Source of the DNA: the human T2T-CHM13v2.0 reference genome, Homo sapiens
DNA length: 64,000 nt
Assembly (NCBI RefSeq): GCF_009914755.1
Contig: NC_060942.1
Reading direction: 5' to 3' (one strand)
How positions within the stretch are numbered: the first letter of the stretch is position 1; the number at the start of each line of letters is the position of its first letter. Below the pieces are notes generated by a model that made no database searches, had not been told where the DNA came from, and saw only the letters and a list, made by a program, of their open reading frames with translations. This document shows, piece by piece, positions 13,700 to 28,032 of the stretch. The position numbers were made by a program, and so were the translations under genes.

Positions 13700-13797
13700 C
13701 AGCCACCTCAGCAGAGAAGTGCTCCTGACATCTCTTTCACCATCGATGCGAATAAGCAGCAAAGGCAGCTGATTGCTGAGCTAGAAAACAAGAACAG
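13700..13797 (+). CDS. DTNA: DTNA exon QPPQQRSAPDISFTIDANKQQRQLIAELENKN(R), start of coiled-coil helix 1
   Basis: Acceptor ttttacag, donor gtgaga at 13798, 98 nt, frame continuous with neighbouring exons. Confidence 0.95.
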
Positions 13798-14374
13798 GTG
13801 AGACTTTGTAGACGTGCTGGCTTGTTTGATCAATGTGCGCATTCCTTAATAAACTATGGTCGTGCTTTAAAGTTTCAGGGCTTTACACCCTGTATGGCTA
13901 CTCAAGGGAAGACATCTACACTCAGTGATGCTCACTTCCAAAAAGCTGGTCTTTAGATCTTTAGAACTTCAGAAGCTCCATGAGAAAACGGCGTGTGCAT
14001 GTATGTGTATAGTTCTGAGATATCAATGCAATTAATGTTGCCCCTCTAGACGGTCTCACTTCCCTTTTTCTGAGATACTTAATTTTGTTCAAGAGCTTCT
14101 AGTACAGGAGGACCCTCCTGGGTACTAGGTAGAAGGTGTCTCTACCACCCAGAAACAGGTAGGAGGCTCACCAGAGAGGCCCCCTGGAAGGACCCTGAGC
14201 TAAAGAGGCATCTGGAGAGACACCACCATCACCCAGTTACTCTCCAAACATCCAAAGATCTCCACCTGCAGCCCATCAGCAGGTTCTTCCTCTATTCAAC
14301 ACAGATTGACTCACAGTCTACCTCCACAGCATACACCCCAAAAATTGTCCAGCTCATCTCCACCACCACCCAGT

Positions 14375-14957
14375 TCAGCCTGTCCTTTTCAAAAACATCA
14401 ATCTTATGTTATTCCAGGTTTAAACCCTCTAATGTGTTCCCATCACACTTCAGTTAAATCCTACTCCTCTTACCATCACCTGCAAGGTCTTACCTGACCT
14501 GATTCCCTCCTGCCATTCCAGCCTCAGCTCACCTTGCTCAGCACACTCCCACCTCCCATGTGTTCCTCCTGTCTACAGCCTTTGAATTAGTCATTCCCTC
14601 AGCCTAGAAAGCTCTTCCTCCAGGTCTCTGTGTGGATGGCTCCTTCTCATCACTGGGGTCTCAGCTCAAATATCATCTCCTAAAAGACCACCTGTCTGAT
14701 CCTACCTAATTGCCCCTAGCCCAGAAACTAGTCTCAATTACATACCCCTGTGTGTGTGTTGGGGGCAGGAGGTTGTCACTTATCACTATCTGAAATAATC
14801 ATGTGTGTTTGTTTCTTCGTTTATTGTCTGTCTTCCTGGACTGAAACGGAAGTTCTTTGAGAACAGAGGCCATGGCTAAATGGTCCCTGGAGCCCAGAAC
14901 CAGGCCTGGCAATTGTAGAAGCTCAGTAGATATACATTGAGTGAGAAAACGATGAAT
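14375..14957 (+). mobile_element. L2 LINE 3' fragment
   Basis: tccttctcatcactggggtctcagctcaaatatcatctcc...cccagaaccaggcctggca...gctcagtagatatacattga. Confidence 0.7.
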
Positions 14958-15013
14958 AGCTGAGTTAAATCTCAAACTTGGTTCTGAGGAAACCCAACAT
15001 GGAACAACTTGTA

Positions 15014-15104
15014 CTAGGTCGGTGCAAATGTAATTGTGGTTTTTGCCATTATTTTTAATTACTTTTAATGGCAAAAAAACGCAATTACGTTTGCACCAAC
15101 CTAA
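15014..15104. mobile_element. MADE1 (Hsmar1-derived MITE), near-complete palindrome
   Basis: taggtcggtgcaaatgtaattgtggtttttgccatta ... taatggcaaaaaaacgcaattacgtttgcaccaacctaa. Confidence 0.92.
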
Positions 15105-18100
15105 CACATTCTAGTAATATATTTCTTGAAACAGCACCAAAACATTTCCATGCTTAACCCCATTCTTAAACACTGATGTGACATTTGAGGTCAAACTGGA
15201 GGAGTAAAGGAGGAGGTTGTGATAATTATTTCATGCCTGTAAAATTTGACCTGAGAATTTGGGGATAAATGATCAAAGTATTCTTTAAAGTTCTCAAGAA
15301 AGAATAAAAAGGAGGGTGCAAACTCTGGTTGGCACTTTTTCATATTTTTTTCTAGTAAGGAAAGCTTTTGGCTTAGTTGTCTTGAGACCTGGCTGCCATC
15401 ATTAGGAAACCACAAATTAGGATAGAAATAGCTTCATAAATGTGACACCATGACTCCATCGCCTTTGAAACTACTGCTCTACTCTGACCCCCAGGGAGAT
15501 GTGCTCACATCAGAGCTGGAATAAAAAAATTTAAAAATAAAATTAAAAAAAAGTTTGTCACATGTGATCCCTGTCAATGTAGCAAATAATAGGAGGAAAG
15601 AATTAAGAAGGGAAAGAGCAGATGCATAGTGACGAATTATAAAAAAAAATAGCCATACAAATTGGAATTTGTTCAGGATACTCACAAGTCTGTAAAATTA
15701 CCTATTCTATTTTATGTATCATTTATTATATCTACTACGTGCAAGTAATTGTGCCAAGTCAGAAAAAAGCATTGAGAGTGGGAGCCAAGTCTTCAAATGA
15801 GCAAAGGCACTTTAAAAAGGTAGGAGAAACAACCCAAAAAAAGGAAAAGGGTAGTTGGGGGATGCAAGTAAAAGTGGGGACAGGCAGGCATTGGAGAAAG
15901 TGTATGAGCTGAGCTAGCAGGCAGAGGGCTCGAAGCAAACAATGTAAAAGAACCATTGGACTTTGTGGTTCGTGGAATGCTTGTGTGAGTATTGATGACA
16001 CTGATGACAATGGGGAGTAGGAGAATGGAGGGGCCGTCCTCAAATGTACTGATACTTTACATCAATTCAGGCACTGGAAAGATCATGGCAAGAAAAAGAA
16101 GCAAAATAAGCCAGTTTTAAATTATTGACAATTAGACTTAATCCAAAGTTTCAGCTTTTTTGGAACAAAATATTACGGTTGATAACCTCAGCAAATGTCA
16201 GAATTGGAATGTAAAGCAGTTTTGTTTTATTTTGGGTTTTATTTTTTTCAGTCCACAAAGTCAACCAATAATATATGGTGGAAAGGTTTATTTAAAATGA
16301 CTCAGAATTAACAGATGTCAGTAAGTCAGTGAGTGTCCCATAATAAAGGCAACAGAAAGAGCTAAAGAAGAAAGGAGGAAAGGAGTGATAAAAACAATCA
16401 TTTTATCTGCTGTTGGAAGGCTGTGCCAGCTTGAGGCCTTAATGAACTATGCCAGAGTTGAGGCCATTTTCTGAAGAAGGACCTAACTTTCTATGTAGTC
16501 CGTTCATTCGGACTTTCTACCAGACATCATTCCATAATCCCTTCTCCATCCCTTAGTCCCTTTTCTCTAAGACATATTATGATTGCTAACAAGCATGGAG
16601 CCATCCATTGGGGAAGGGACCACAGCTGGGATTAATAACATATGCTCACAGGTTCCAGGTGGCAGCAGTAAGAAACCTGGGTTTTTGTTTTGAGGGGTTG
16701 AAGTGAGAATAAGGACAACTTTAAAATACATTTAAAGTACATGTGTACAAATATAGTTTCATTTCATCCTCAGAACAACTATTTAAGGTAGGCAGGGTGA
16801 CTATTATCATCCCCATTCTACAGATGAAAATTTAAATGTGAGGTGTTATTTCTACTCTTTTTCCCCAACATGACCCACTTCACCATCATTGTGGTCTAGG
16901 TTGTGTAGGGCAAACTTCATGGGGAAGGTGAGTTTTTAGGACATTTCAGGACAGTGAAATTTTGCAGTGAAAGTTGGGAGATAGAATTAAAGGTAAAAAT
17001 ACACATAGACTTTGAGAAAAGCAACAAGACACTTGCCAGGCTAGCACTGAGGAATCAAAGAATAAAATGAAAACATCAGTATATGAGGCTTGTATACCAG
17101 ACCAAAGAATTTTAATTCTATCCTGTTATGATGGACAGCAGTGGTCAGGCAAGTGACAGAATGTCCGCATGTTTATGGCAAAATAATCAGCTCACTAAAT
17201 ATGCAGGTTGCATTTACAAGGGATTGACTAGAAGCTGGTGGGAAGTGATGAGGAACTATGTTAGATAGATGGTTCCAGAAATAAAAATAAAGGAACCCAA
17301 AAAGGAGATGATTAGACAAAAGGCAAAATAGTGCTGAAATGTTAATTTACAAGATTCTATTACTCATTTCTGAACTTTCCATTAGGGATTCCAGATTTTC
17401 CAACAACAACCTTCACACAACTCAGATTTTACTAGCAATCCTCTTTTCTTTCACTCTCTTGTTCTTTCCTTCCTCCTATCCATCTGTCCCGATATAAAGA
17501 GAAGGGATAAAACATCAAGGTCAAAGGGGGCTTTGTGGAATATCAAAAGGAGGTCAACCCTGACCAGAGTTTCCACAAGCTGCAGCATCACGCCTCCATC
17601 CCTTCTTAGAAAGAAAAGACTAACAGAAATTCACAAGCCCACGAATATTTTATCTTGGTTGCACTGTTAATTAACCTACTCTTCCACTTCTTCAGAGCAC
17701 TTTGTTTTCCCTTCCAATACTCTGCTTCCACTCGGGCATGGGGGTAACACATTTGAGGGGAAAGCAGGACTTCTTTTGAGGAAATACCCCAGAGATATCT
17801 GCCTCCATGTGGTTCTGTCTATTTCTGATTCCAGAATCAGCATGAAGCACCATGAAGGCCCCAACAACCCTGGCCATGCCTTAATATCACTCTTGCTGCT
17901 TGTTTCCTGGATGTTTTTGGATCGCACTCTCTAAATGCATGTCTTTAAGGACTAGAGAGGAAAAAAGAAATAGGAGTGAGAAGAGATGGCGGAAAGAGAG
18001 ATTCATTCTGTCCCTGAGTTCTTTTGTGGGTTCTAGAGCTCCCCAACCCATCTCTGATGAGCAGCAAGTACATCCTAAGCTCATCTCTCTGAGCCAGCAG

Positions 18101-18841
18101 CCTGGTTCTCTAGACATCCCAGGGCCAAAAGCTCCTTTAGGTAATACTACTGCACCATGGAAACCCACCCAGGGAACTCATGTCTCTAAGATGACAACTC
18201 AATAATCAGATCTGTGAGTTTAAGGGGAAGATAGAGTTCCTCATTTCATTTAATGACTCTGTCTACCCCAGGTAACACACAGACATTTCAGCAATGATCT
18301 TTAGAAGGTAATGGTTCCTTATAGCACCTTTGGTGGAGCCAGTCAGGGTTAGTATTAGGAGTACCAGGAATCTTCAAATTATATTGTATGGGTCACAGCC
18401 TGTCTTGGCTAGACCTAGCAAAGCAAGTACCAGAAGACTGAGGCAGGCTGATATATGTGGGGTTTGGGGCTAGCCAGCCTGGATTCACATCACGTCTACC
18501 ACCTACTTGTTATCGAACTTGGGGAAATCTTTCAACTGGTCTGTGCCTGGATTCTCTCATTTAATAAACAGAGATAATAATGGTACCTATATATAATAGA
18601 ACTGTTATAGAATGAAATAAAATAACATTAAAGAAGTCAGCAGAGTTCCCAGGTACAGACTGACTACTCGATGCACGTTACATATCTCTTCTTTATTTTT
18701 TCTTACCAGAGCTGTTGCTCTCTTTTCCTTCCTTGGACCAAATGGCTCTGTTGTGTTTCTGTCTTTAGAATGAACAAAGAGAATAGCAGGAGTCATAGAA
18801 TATCAGGGTGTTAGCCCTGGAGGAAATCTTGGAAATCCCAC

Positions 18842-19076
18842 TGCACTGATTTTCAGGCTGAGCTTTATGGCATCCTGAGGGCTCTGCAGGGGCACCTGGG
18901 AGGGCACAGCAGGGCCCAGCAACACAGGGACTTGTCCTCATTTCTTTAACCCCAGCAGCACCCGACCCCTTAAACTATCTGACATGTTGGGTATCCATGG
19001 CATATTTCTTTTAAAGAAAGGATTCCCCGATGGAATCACAAAGAGGAGAAAACAAAAAAAAGACTGAAAACCACTG
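18842..19076. mobile_element. MER103-like hAT DNA transposon relic
   Basis: Termini cactgattttca / tgaaaaccactg form an inverted repeat; internal atatttcttttaaagaaaggattcc. Confidence 0.5.
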
Positions 19077-20153
19077 AATTACAGTTCCATCTTCTCACCA
19101 CACCCACGAAATGTATAATGGCTTACTAATCATTAGCCTCCTGATTCTGGGGGCTTTGCGAAGCAGGCAGTTTTAAATCAGCCCTCCAAAATGGAAAGCT
19201 ACTTCCTTGTACACCAAGTTCACCTTCCATTCGCAGTGCTTTGCTCCGTCTTACTGGCTTCTATGCATTTTGTTGAGTAGGAAACTGACACCCCCAGCTC
19301 CCAAGAATACATGACTTATAACCCTGCTTAATGGCTTCTGACTCACTTAGGGATAATTTGCCTTGCCAGGTCACATATCCTTTATGGCTAGCCTAATGCT
19401 CACCAAATGCAGGGAAGCCCAGGCTCTGACATCAATAGTTGACTGACACATCTCACCCCCGACAGAGGTCACACCAATAGCACTGTATGTCACAGACTCA
19501 ATTACTGTGAATCTTTTTAAAAGCACTTTCCTTCTAAGGTGGACTTCCCTGAGATCCATTGTTAAGGCTGAGAGATTTAAGAAAAAAAAAAGAGAAAGAA
19601 TTTTGTCTAACTGGGGTTTTCTCAGATAAATTCAATGAGAAGTCCCTTCTTGGTGAGAGAATGAGGTTACTTAGTTTTGTGAAATGAGCCCCATTTATCC
19701 TTATTTTCCCTTCAGGCTCCTCTTACTTGGTAGCTGCAGGTACTTTACGGTGTCAGAGTGTGATCGTAAATAACAGGAAGATGCATTTTTGTCTCTTAAG
19801 CAGCATGCTCTTCAAAGTTGGACACATTACCTTACTTGCTAGTAGTAATGCATTACATTACTTGCTAGAGAGATGACTGGACCCTGGTGATTTAACTCAA
19901 CGACATGCTGCAGAAGCTTCTAGGTTTGGATGTACTGGAAATGAAGTCAATCTTCCCGTCACCCACAGCACCCATCTAGCTATAGTCAAAGCCTCTTAAA
20001 TACACTGGAATCTGTTGGTTAGGGAAGGTCGGTTCTGCTCCTAAACATAGGATGATCCCTTCTCTCTTTGTTCTGGTGGCCTTGATCTGCTCCGATGTTA
20101 GTTTCCTGAAAGCTAACTAACCTTGGTTTCTCACCTTCCTCCTCTCTCCCAAG

Positions 20154-20267
20154 AGAAATCTTACAGGAGATCCAGAGACTTCGGCTAGAGCATGAACAAG
20201 CTTCTCAGCCCACGCCAGAGAAGGCACAGCAAAACCCCACCCTGCTGGCAGAACTCCGGCTCCTCAG
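20154..20267 (+). CDS. DTNA: DTNA exon [37 protein letters not shown](R), coiled coil
   Basis: Branch-like ctaac + pyrimidine tract + aag, donor gtagga at 20268, 114 nt. Confidence 0.95.
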
Positions 20268-20481
20268 GTAGGAGAGAGCACCCATGTCATCTCAGGGAAT
20301 ATATATGTGTCAGATCTTTGAGAAAGTCTAGCAGTGTCTAGCCAGAAAACAGTCCTCAGCTACCTTAGCTGCTGACATTTGTTTTTTTCATAGCACACAC
20401 GTAATTGCTGATATTTGGGGGATTTAGAGAGAAGCTGTTTATATTTTGTTCTTTCATTTGGTACAGGGAAAAGCAGTGTGT

Positions 20482-20779
<298 letters not shown>

Positions 20780-21075
20780 AGCAGTGTTCTTTACATCAAA
20801 AACAACATATCTCACTAGGAACAATTTAAACATAGCTCTTTTTAGAAATAATCAGTTAAATAAACATCACAGGTTTTTAAATTTAAAAATTTACCCCTAA
20901 CTCATAAAAGGAGTCTGATTTTCTCTAAGTCTTGGTCTCTAATATCTTTCTTTATATTCAGATCTTTAAAAATAGGCATCACACCTTCCTGTACTATAAA
21001 GGAACATAAAAGCCTAGTCTTCTTTAGTCTGTCATCATAAAATACTTGAGTTAGAAGGGACTATAGAAGTCATCT

Positions 21076-21615
21076 TGTTACCAGTGAAGGGTCTTGACCA
21101 CGAAGTTGTCCAGGGTCTTGGCATTTTGAATAAAGAATTGGACAAAACGCACAAACAAAGCAACAAAAGAATGAAGCAACGAAAGCAGATTTATTGAAAC
21201 GAAAGTACACTCTACAGAGTAGGAGCCAGCTCCCGTAAGCGGTTCAAGAGCCCTAGTTACAGAGTTTTCTGGGGTTTAAATACCCTATGGAGGTTTCCCA
21301 TTAGTTATTTGGGTACACCCTGTGTAAATGAGGACTTGGCCCAGGACCACTCTGATTGCTTGCAGGAGGCGACCAATCAGAGGCTGAAGTGAAGTTACAA
21401 AGTGACATCCTATGCAAACATTTGATTGGTTGCAGGAGGGGACCAATCAGAAGTACTTTCCATTATTCATCTGCCTCACCATACAAAGGGAGTAGCCTCG
21501 GATCCTTTTGTTACTTGGGTGTGGAAAGGCGAGGTTTTCCTTTCCATTCAGTTCTAGGAAGTCAGTACAAATCGTCCTTAGTTTCGCTGCCTCCAGTCCC
21601 TATTCTCCTGACTCA
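21076..21615 (-). mobile_element. ERV1 solo LTR, MER51-like
   Basis: TG...CA termini (tgttacc / ccctattctcctgactca), repeated CCAAT boxes (gaccaatcag), minus-strand AATAAA (tttatt at about 21190), flanks atct/atca. Confidence 0.75.
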
Positions 21616-21879
21616 ATCAGATTCTGCCGCTGCATTTCAGTGCACTTCTCAGAGTCAGAAGCTAGGGAGTAGCAGGCCTTGGAAAAGAAATGTGGTTTCT
21701 CCTACTACTCCCACGCTGCAAAATGAGTCTTGCTGTGGGCTCCATTTCAGACTAGCTTCTTACCATGCCTTGAATAAGGCTGGTATTCCAGTGTATTTAT
21801 GTGGCAAACAACACAAAAATAAATTCAAAGACATTCCCTCGTATAAATATCATACTGTTCTTTCACAAGGCACCTGTAG

Positions 21880-22236
<357 letters not shown>

Positions 22237-23073
22237 CATTCTTTTCATCTTTCAGTTTGGGTGCCAACTATGTTCCAGGTATATCTATGACTCTGAGTCA
22301 TACTTTTTATAGTAAGTACAGATGCCTCTTTGCAGAAACCCTTGTCAGAATTAGTCCTGTTTTCTTCTTCCATACAAAAAGACGAAATGAAGCAAGTTCT
22401 TTATGACTATGTTTGGATTTTACCAAGTTCCTGTTGATTGCATGGATGTTTCCGGAGGCTCTATCTTTGCTCTGCTCTTCAGACACTTTAACACCTGAGC
22501 ACGGCAGAGCTTTGTTTTTCGTTAATGCATACTTTCATTTTTGTCTTAAAACCACAATGAACTTTCTCAACGATCATGTTTCCCTTTCCCTTTTCACTTT
22601 CGCCACAAGAAAACTGAAAGCTGAGTCACAGCCAGAAGTGACAATGAATATGAATGATAGGCATTTCTATGTGCTAATCTGACGCTTTGCTGCATACTAA
22701 CTCTACATACACTGTCCCGTAAAATTACTGTAACAAACCTAGGAGATAGGCAGTATTATTCTACTCGTTTAATGGATAAGGAAACTGAGATTCACAGAAG
22801 TCACACAGAAGTTGCAGATATCATACCTTTCACTTAGTGTATATATTTATGTACTTATATATGATTTATAAGGAGAAATTTTTTCTTAGAAAAAAATTTG
22901 TATAATTGTGTGTAATTTATGTATATATTTCCTAAGAAAAAAATTATCTTGTATAACCATGATACCATCTTCAATTCGGGAAAGTTAATGTTGATATATG
23001 GTATTTAATATAAACCCATATTAAAATTTTGACAATTGTTCTAACACTGTTCTAAAAGAAAGTAGCTTTTAAC

Positions 23074-23396
<323 letters not shown>

Positions 23397-23715
23397 TTAA
23401 CACACATATACATTAGAAATAATCTGACAGACTATCAGAATAAAGGCACTTCTTTAGAGATGAATACATGTAGTGCTAGGAAAGGAAAATCACTATTTAG
23501 TCTTGTTTTCTCATTCTCCTTGGAAGGTGGAGGTTACACCACAGATTTGTTATTATACCTACATTTGGAAAACGCTGGTGGAAACTTAGAGAAGATTGAA
23601 TGAAGACACTCTTAAATTAATTTTTAATTGAATTCGATGTCATATTTTTAAGAGATTACTACTGTAAGATAAATGTACAATTAGATTTTTTTAGTGTTGA
23701 CTAATTCTAAATTAA

Positions 23716-23767
23716 TTTGCCATTACTCTTAATGGCAAAAACCGCAGTTACTTTTGCACCAACCTAA
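23716..23767. mobile_element. MADE1 fragment (centre plus one arm)
   Basis: tttgccattactcttaatggcaaaaaccgcagttacttttgcaccaacctaa. Confidence 0.85.
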
Positions 23768-24415
23768 TAATACCAGTTAACGTTCTCTGATAGTTTTTAA
23801 ATGCTTCTCTTAGTGTTTCTCACCTACAGTTTTAGAAGGTTGCTTTAACCCTCTTCCCAAAGTGTTTCTGTGGCCAAAGGGCCAAAATTACAGAACAGTA
23901 TCAAGAAGAGAACTGGAAAGAAATCAGAAACATTATCTATTCTTGTACCAAAGACTACTGTGGATGTACCTGGAACACCATACACAGACAAGGTCAAAAA
24001 AAAAAAAAAAAAAAGAGAAAGAGAAAGAACACCTCCTGAATTTGTCACTGAGGAATATTCTTGAATGGGGCAAGGCTTTTGAAATTAGAATGCTTCAACC
24101 CAGGAAGACAAAGACTAAAATAAGATACCATTAAAGCATATAAAATTATGATGTTTCTCATCCTCTGGATTCAGAAAAGAAGCAATTTTAAAGGAAATTG
24201 AAAGAAAGATTGCTTCAAGAGTAAGCAGTCCTTACTCTTGTAAGGATTGCTTGTAAGTGGCAATAATAGTTAAAAATATAAATTTAAAAATTTATATTTT
24301 ATAGTTAAAAAGTTAAAAATATAAATTTATTCAAAAAGAATTGTGAAATATTTATAAATTTTAAATTCATAATTCATTATAGAAGAAGCCTATAAGAAAG
24401 TGAATTAGAAATGTC

Positions 24416-24690
24416 CTCCACTGCTTTAGGAGGCTGAGGCAGGAGGAGCTCTTGTAGCCAGGAGTTCAAGACAAGCCTGGGCAACATAGTGAGAAACCAT
24501 CTCTTAAAAAAGAAAAAAAGATTAGTCAGGCATGGTGGCACATGCCTGTAGTATCAGCTACTCATGAGGCTGATGGCGGAGGACTGCTTGAACCCAGGAG
24601 ACTGAGGTTACAATCAGCTATGATTATGCCACTGCACTCCAGCGTAGGCAACAGAGTGAGACCTTGTCTCTAAAAAAAAATAGAAAAAAA
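24416..24690 (+). mobile_element. AluJ element, slightly 5'-truncated
   Basis: ggagttcaagacaagcctgggcaacatagtgaga...agctatgattatgccactgcactccag; TSD tagaaatgt at 24406 and 24691. Confidence 0.9.
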
Positions 24691-25836
24691 TAGAAATGTA
24701 TCATTTATATCACTAACCTGTCCTCCCACAAAATATCTTTCAATTGAGTGAGTCATTGACCTAGCTCACTGTGACATTTTTATATCATCAGTTTTTCGTT
24801 GCAGAGTTCTTGTCATAGTTTCATTTAATATGCTATCATTGAGACTAGCCATATCCATTTATACATTAATACATACATGTTTAAAGTTTCCATGCAGTTT
24901 TAGTATGTAAGTATGAATATTTCAAACTCAAACAGAAATCTTTGGGGCAATGGGAAAATTATATGTATTACTTATTCAGTAATAATCATTCAGTAATGGA
25001 TTTGGAATTTATTTGGAAAGTATACATATACTTCAGAATTGTGAACCATTAACATTCCTCATCATACTGTTTCATTTCTTTCCCCCTTTAAAGATCTTTT
25101 TGGTACCTCTTAGTGTCAACATAAATGATCGAGTATAGATTGTCCTTAGTTGTTTTCATTCTTGCTGACAGTTTAATAAAAGGTCTGTAAAACAAAACAA
25201 AATTAAGCATGAACCTTATATATCATCTTCACTTGTTGAACAAGTATGTAGAAATGCCTTTATTTTGACTTCACTTTATGAAACCAAACTCAAACCCAAA
25301 AATTTAAATGGATTGTATCTACGTGCTGTTAATATCTCACCTCTGAGAGACACCTCAATGGGTGCTGAAGATTTCAAATGTACTTTTCTAAATATATTTC
25401 CAAATACTAAGGTAATCAATATTTTCTGTGAATTTGCAAAAGGGTTCTTAGATTTGGAGAATCTGGAAGATTTGCCTTTTTCAGTGACAATTTGGTTTTT
25501 GTTTGTTTCAAGGGACCCCATAGCACATCACAGGGCCCACTACATAGTAAGCATTCAGAAAATATTTCATTCAATGGTTGATTAATTCAGGGTAGAAAGG
25601 TCTGAAGGAAACAAAAGATCTAAAAGGACTTTAATTCTGATGTAGTATGACTGCTAACAAAAGAAACACTTCCAGCTGTAATTGTTCATTCATTTGACAA
25701 CAGTTCCCTGCCTGGTAACCTTGTCAGAGACCCAGAGATGCCCTTTTTCTGACAGTCCACAAGTCCCTCAAGAATGGAAATGTGATTAGCTCAGAGAGTT
25801 GCATGCCGCTTCTGATGTCAGCTGCTTCTTTCTTAG

Positions 25837-25933
25837 ACAGCGCAAAGATGAGCTGGAACAGAGAATGTCTGCTCTCCAGGAGAGCCGGAGAGAGCTAATG
25901 GTCCAGTTGGAGGGTCTCATGAAGCTACTAAAG
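25837..25933 (+). CDS. DTNA: DTNA exon [32 protein letters not shown], coiled-coil helix 2 (dystrophin/utrophin binding)
   Basis: Acceptor ttctttcttag, donor gtaaga at 25934, 97 nt. Confidence 0.95.
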
Positions 25934-26110
25934 GTAAGACCTGCCAGATAAATTTTCCTGAGCTTATTTTCCATGTCATCTGTGAAAATTTTTGCACATA
26001 ATGTGCAATGGTTTTTCCAATTGCTGTATGTGATTTCCCTCAACATGTTGTTTCAAGCTCAGATGTAAAACAATTTGTTAGACCAGTGTAGCAGTAGCTG
26101 TCAGTAATAG

Positions 26111-26423
<313 letters not shown>

Positions 26424-27091
26424 TAGAACACATTCTTATCCATTCCTGAAACCAGACTGCTGAGGGCCTTCATGGGGCAACTTCTTCTTGGCTTATTTCC
26501 AGTTTCTTTATGTCTGCAAGTAATAAAACTGGATTTATTTAGAAATATTTTATATTTAGTAGCTTTCAGCAATTCTGATTAAATTAAGAGGAGTGACTGT
26601 TAATATCAGTAAAATATTTTATTCCATTAGTATGCTTTATCAGTAGGTCACATGATTTCTAGTGAACTCAGACACAAACTCTAAGAGAGAATATCTCATT
26701 ACTCTTCTGTAAGTAAAATGTTTAATAAGATGATTTATAGAAGTCTTCTGTAGAGTGCTGTAATCTATTTTTCTCATTGGGAAGTGGCATTCTTCTTTTA
26801 GTAAAGCCTTATTCCCTTCTTTAGTATACATTAAATTGCATTTAAAGTCAAAAGCAGGCAAATTATGGCCACATGTCTACAGTCAGCCCATGTGATCAGT
26901 GCCACATGATCATCCTGCCTGATATAAACAAGCAAGAAGCAGTATGGATTGGAACTGTGACATGTCAAAGGCAGGAAGTGAAACTTCTGATAGGAGAATG
27001 GTAAAGGGAAGACCCTGGGGCAGCTCATTTGCGAGAGAGGGTCTCCCAACTTTCAGTCCGTGGATGTCCCACGGCCCCAACACACCAACAT

Positions 27092-27325
27092 TTGTTGTTT
27101 TTATTTTGTCTGTCCTTTCTTTCTCTCTTTTTTTTGTCTGTCCTTTCTTTCTCTTTTTTTTGTCTACCTTTCTCTTTTCTTCTTCCCTTTTTCTTCATTT
27201 TTTTTGTTTCTTTCTTGATTGCCCCCTCTTTCCTTCTTTGTTTTATTTTTTGAAAGCTACTTTGTCCCAGCCACTGTTCTTGTAAACTTTCTTTTGTTTT
27301 CCTTACTCTATTTTATTCCTTTTCC
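27092..27325. repeat. CT/T-rich low-complexity tract
   Basis: About 230 nt of mostly pyrimidines with repeated ttttgtct(g/a) units. Confidence 0.75.
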
Positions 27326-27981
27326 CTCCATCAGTGTCCTCTTTAACAATTGGTATTGGGAATACTTTATCTTTACTCAACAAAATTGACTTTTCAGTAA
27401 TTAGATATGTACAGTGTAGAATTCAATTCTTGTTGATCTATCTTGGGTAAGACAAGACTAGATAGTTCATAACCTGCTGCTGTTTCTGGCCTGTTAATCT
27501 CATTTGATAACCAAAAATAAACTCTTTCTGCTTCCCTTTCCAAATATACCAAATGAAAAGGACTGAACCTATCTTTCCCCTCAGTGAATGACAGGAAGCT
27601 TTGAAAACTGCCCCCTATGTTTCTATTGCTTCTGTCACCATTAGCTATGACTCTTTCCCTATGGGATAGAAGTCTATTCACCACCAGCCATGTTGGTATC
27701 AACCTAGCCTAACAGAGTACTGCCTTTTATTGAGATGTACACATACCAGGACAGAGAGGTGGATTGTGTTGAAAAATGGTTGTACATGCAGAGAAAAGAG
27801 ATGGGCCTGTAGTCTCAAATAACCAAGTAGACTTGGAGTGATAGTCACTGAGGTGGCAGAGGCCTGGACCTGCCGTCAAAGGTGTGTTGATGTTTCCCCA
27901 TCTTGCGTTCCTTCACACTGTGTACATGCTCTTATTGGAACCCTGGGTAATCTAACTGTTATTGATTCAATCTTTCTGTAG

Positions 27982-28032
27982 GAAGAAGAACTGAAGCAGG
28001 GAGTAAGTTATGTCCCCTACTGCAGGTCTTAA
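27982..28032 (+). CDS. DTNA: DTNA composite exon: 21-nt microexon EEELKQG (27982-28002) or, unspliced, the alpha-dystrobrevin-2 C-terminus EEELKQGVSYVPYCRS*
   Basis: Acceptor tctttctgtag; internal donor GGA|gtaagt at 28003; read-through stop TAA at 28030-28032. Confidence 0.9.
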   Translation, partial: EEELKQGVSYVPYCRS

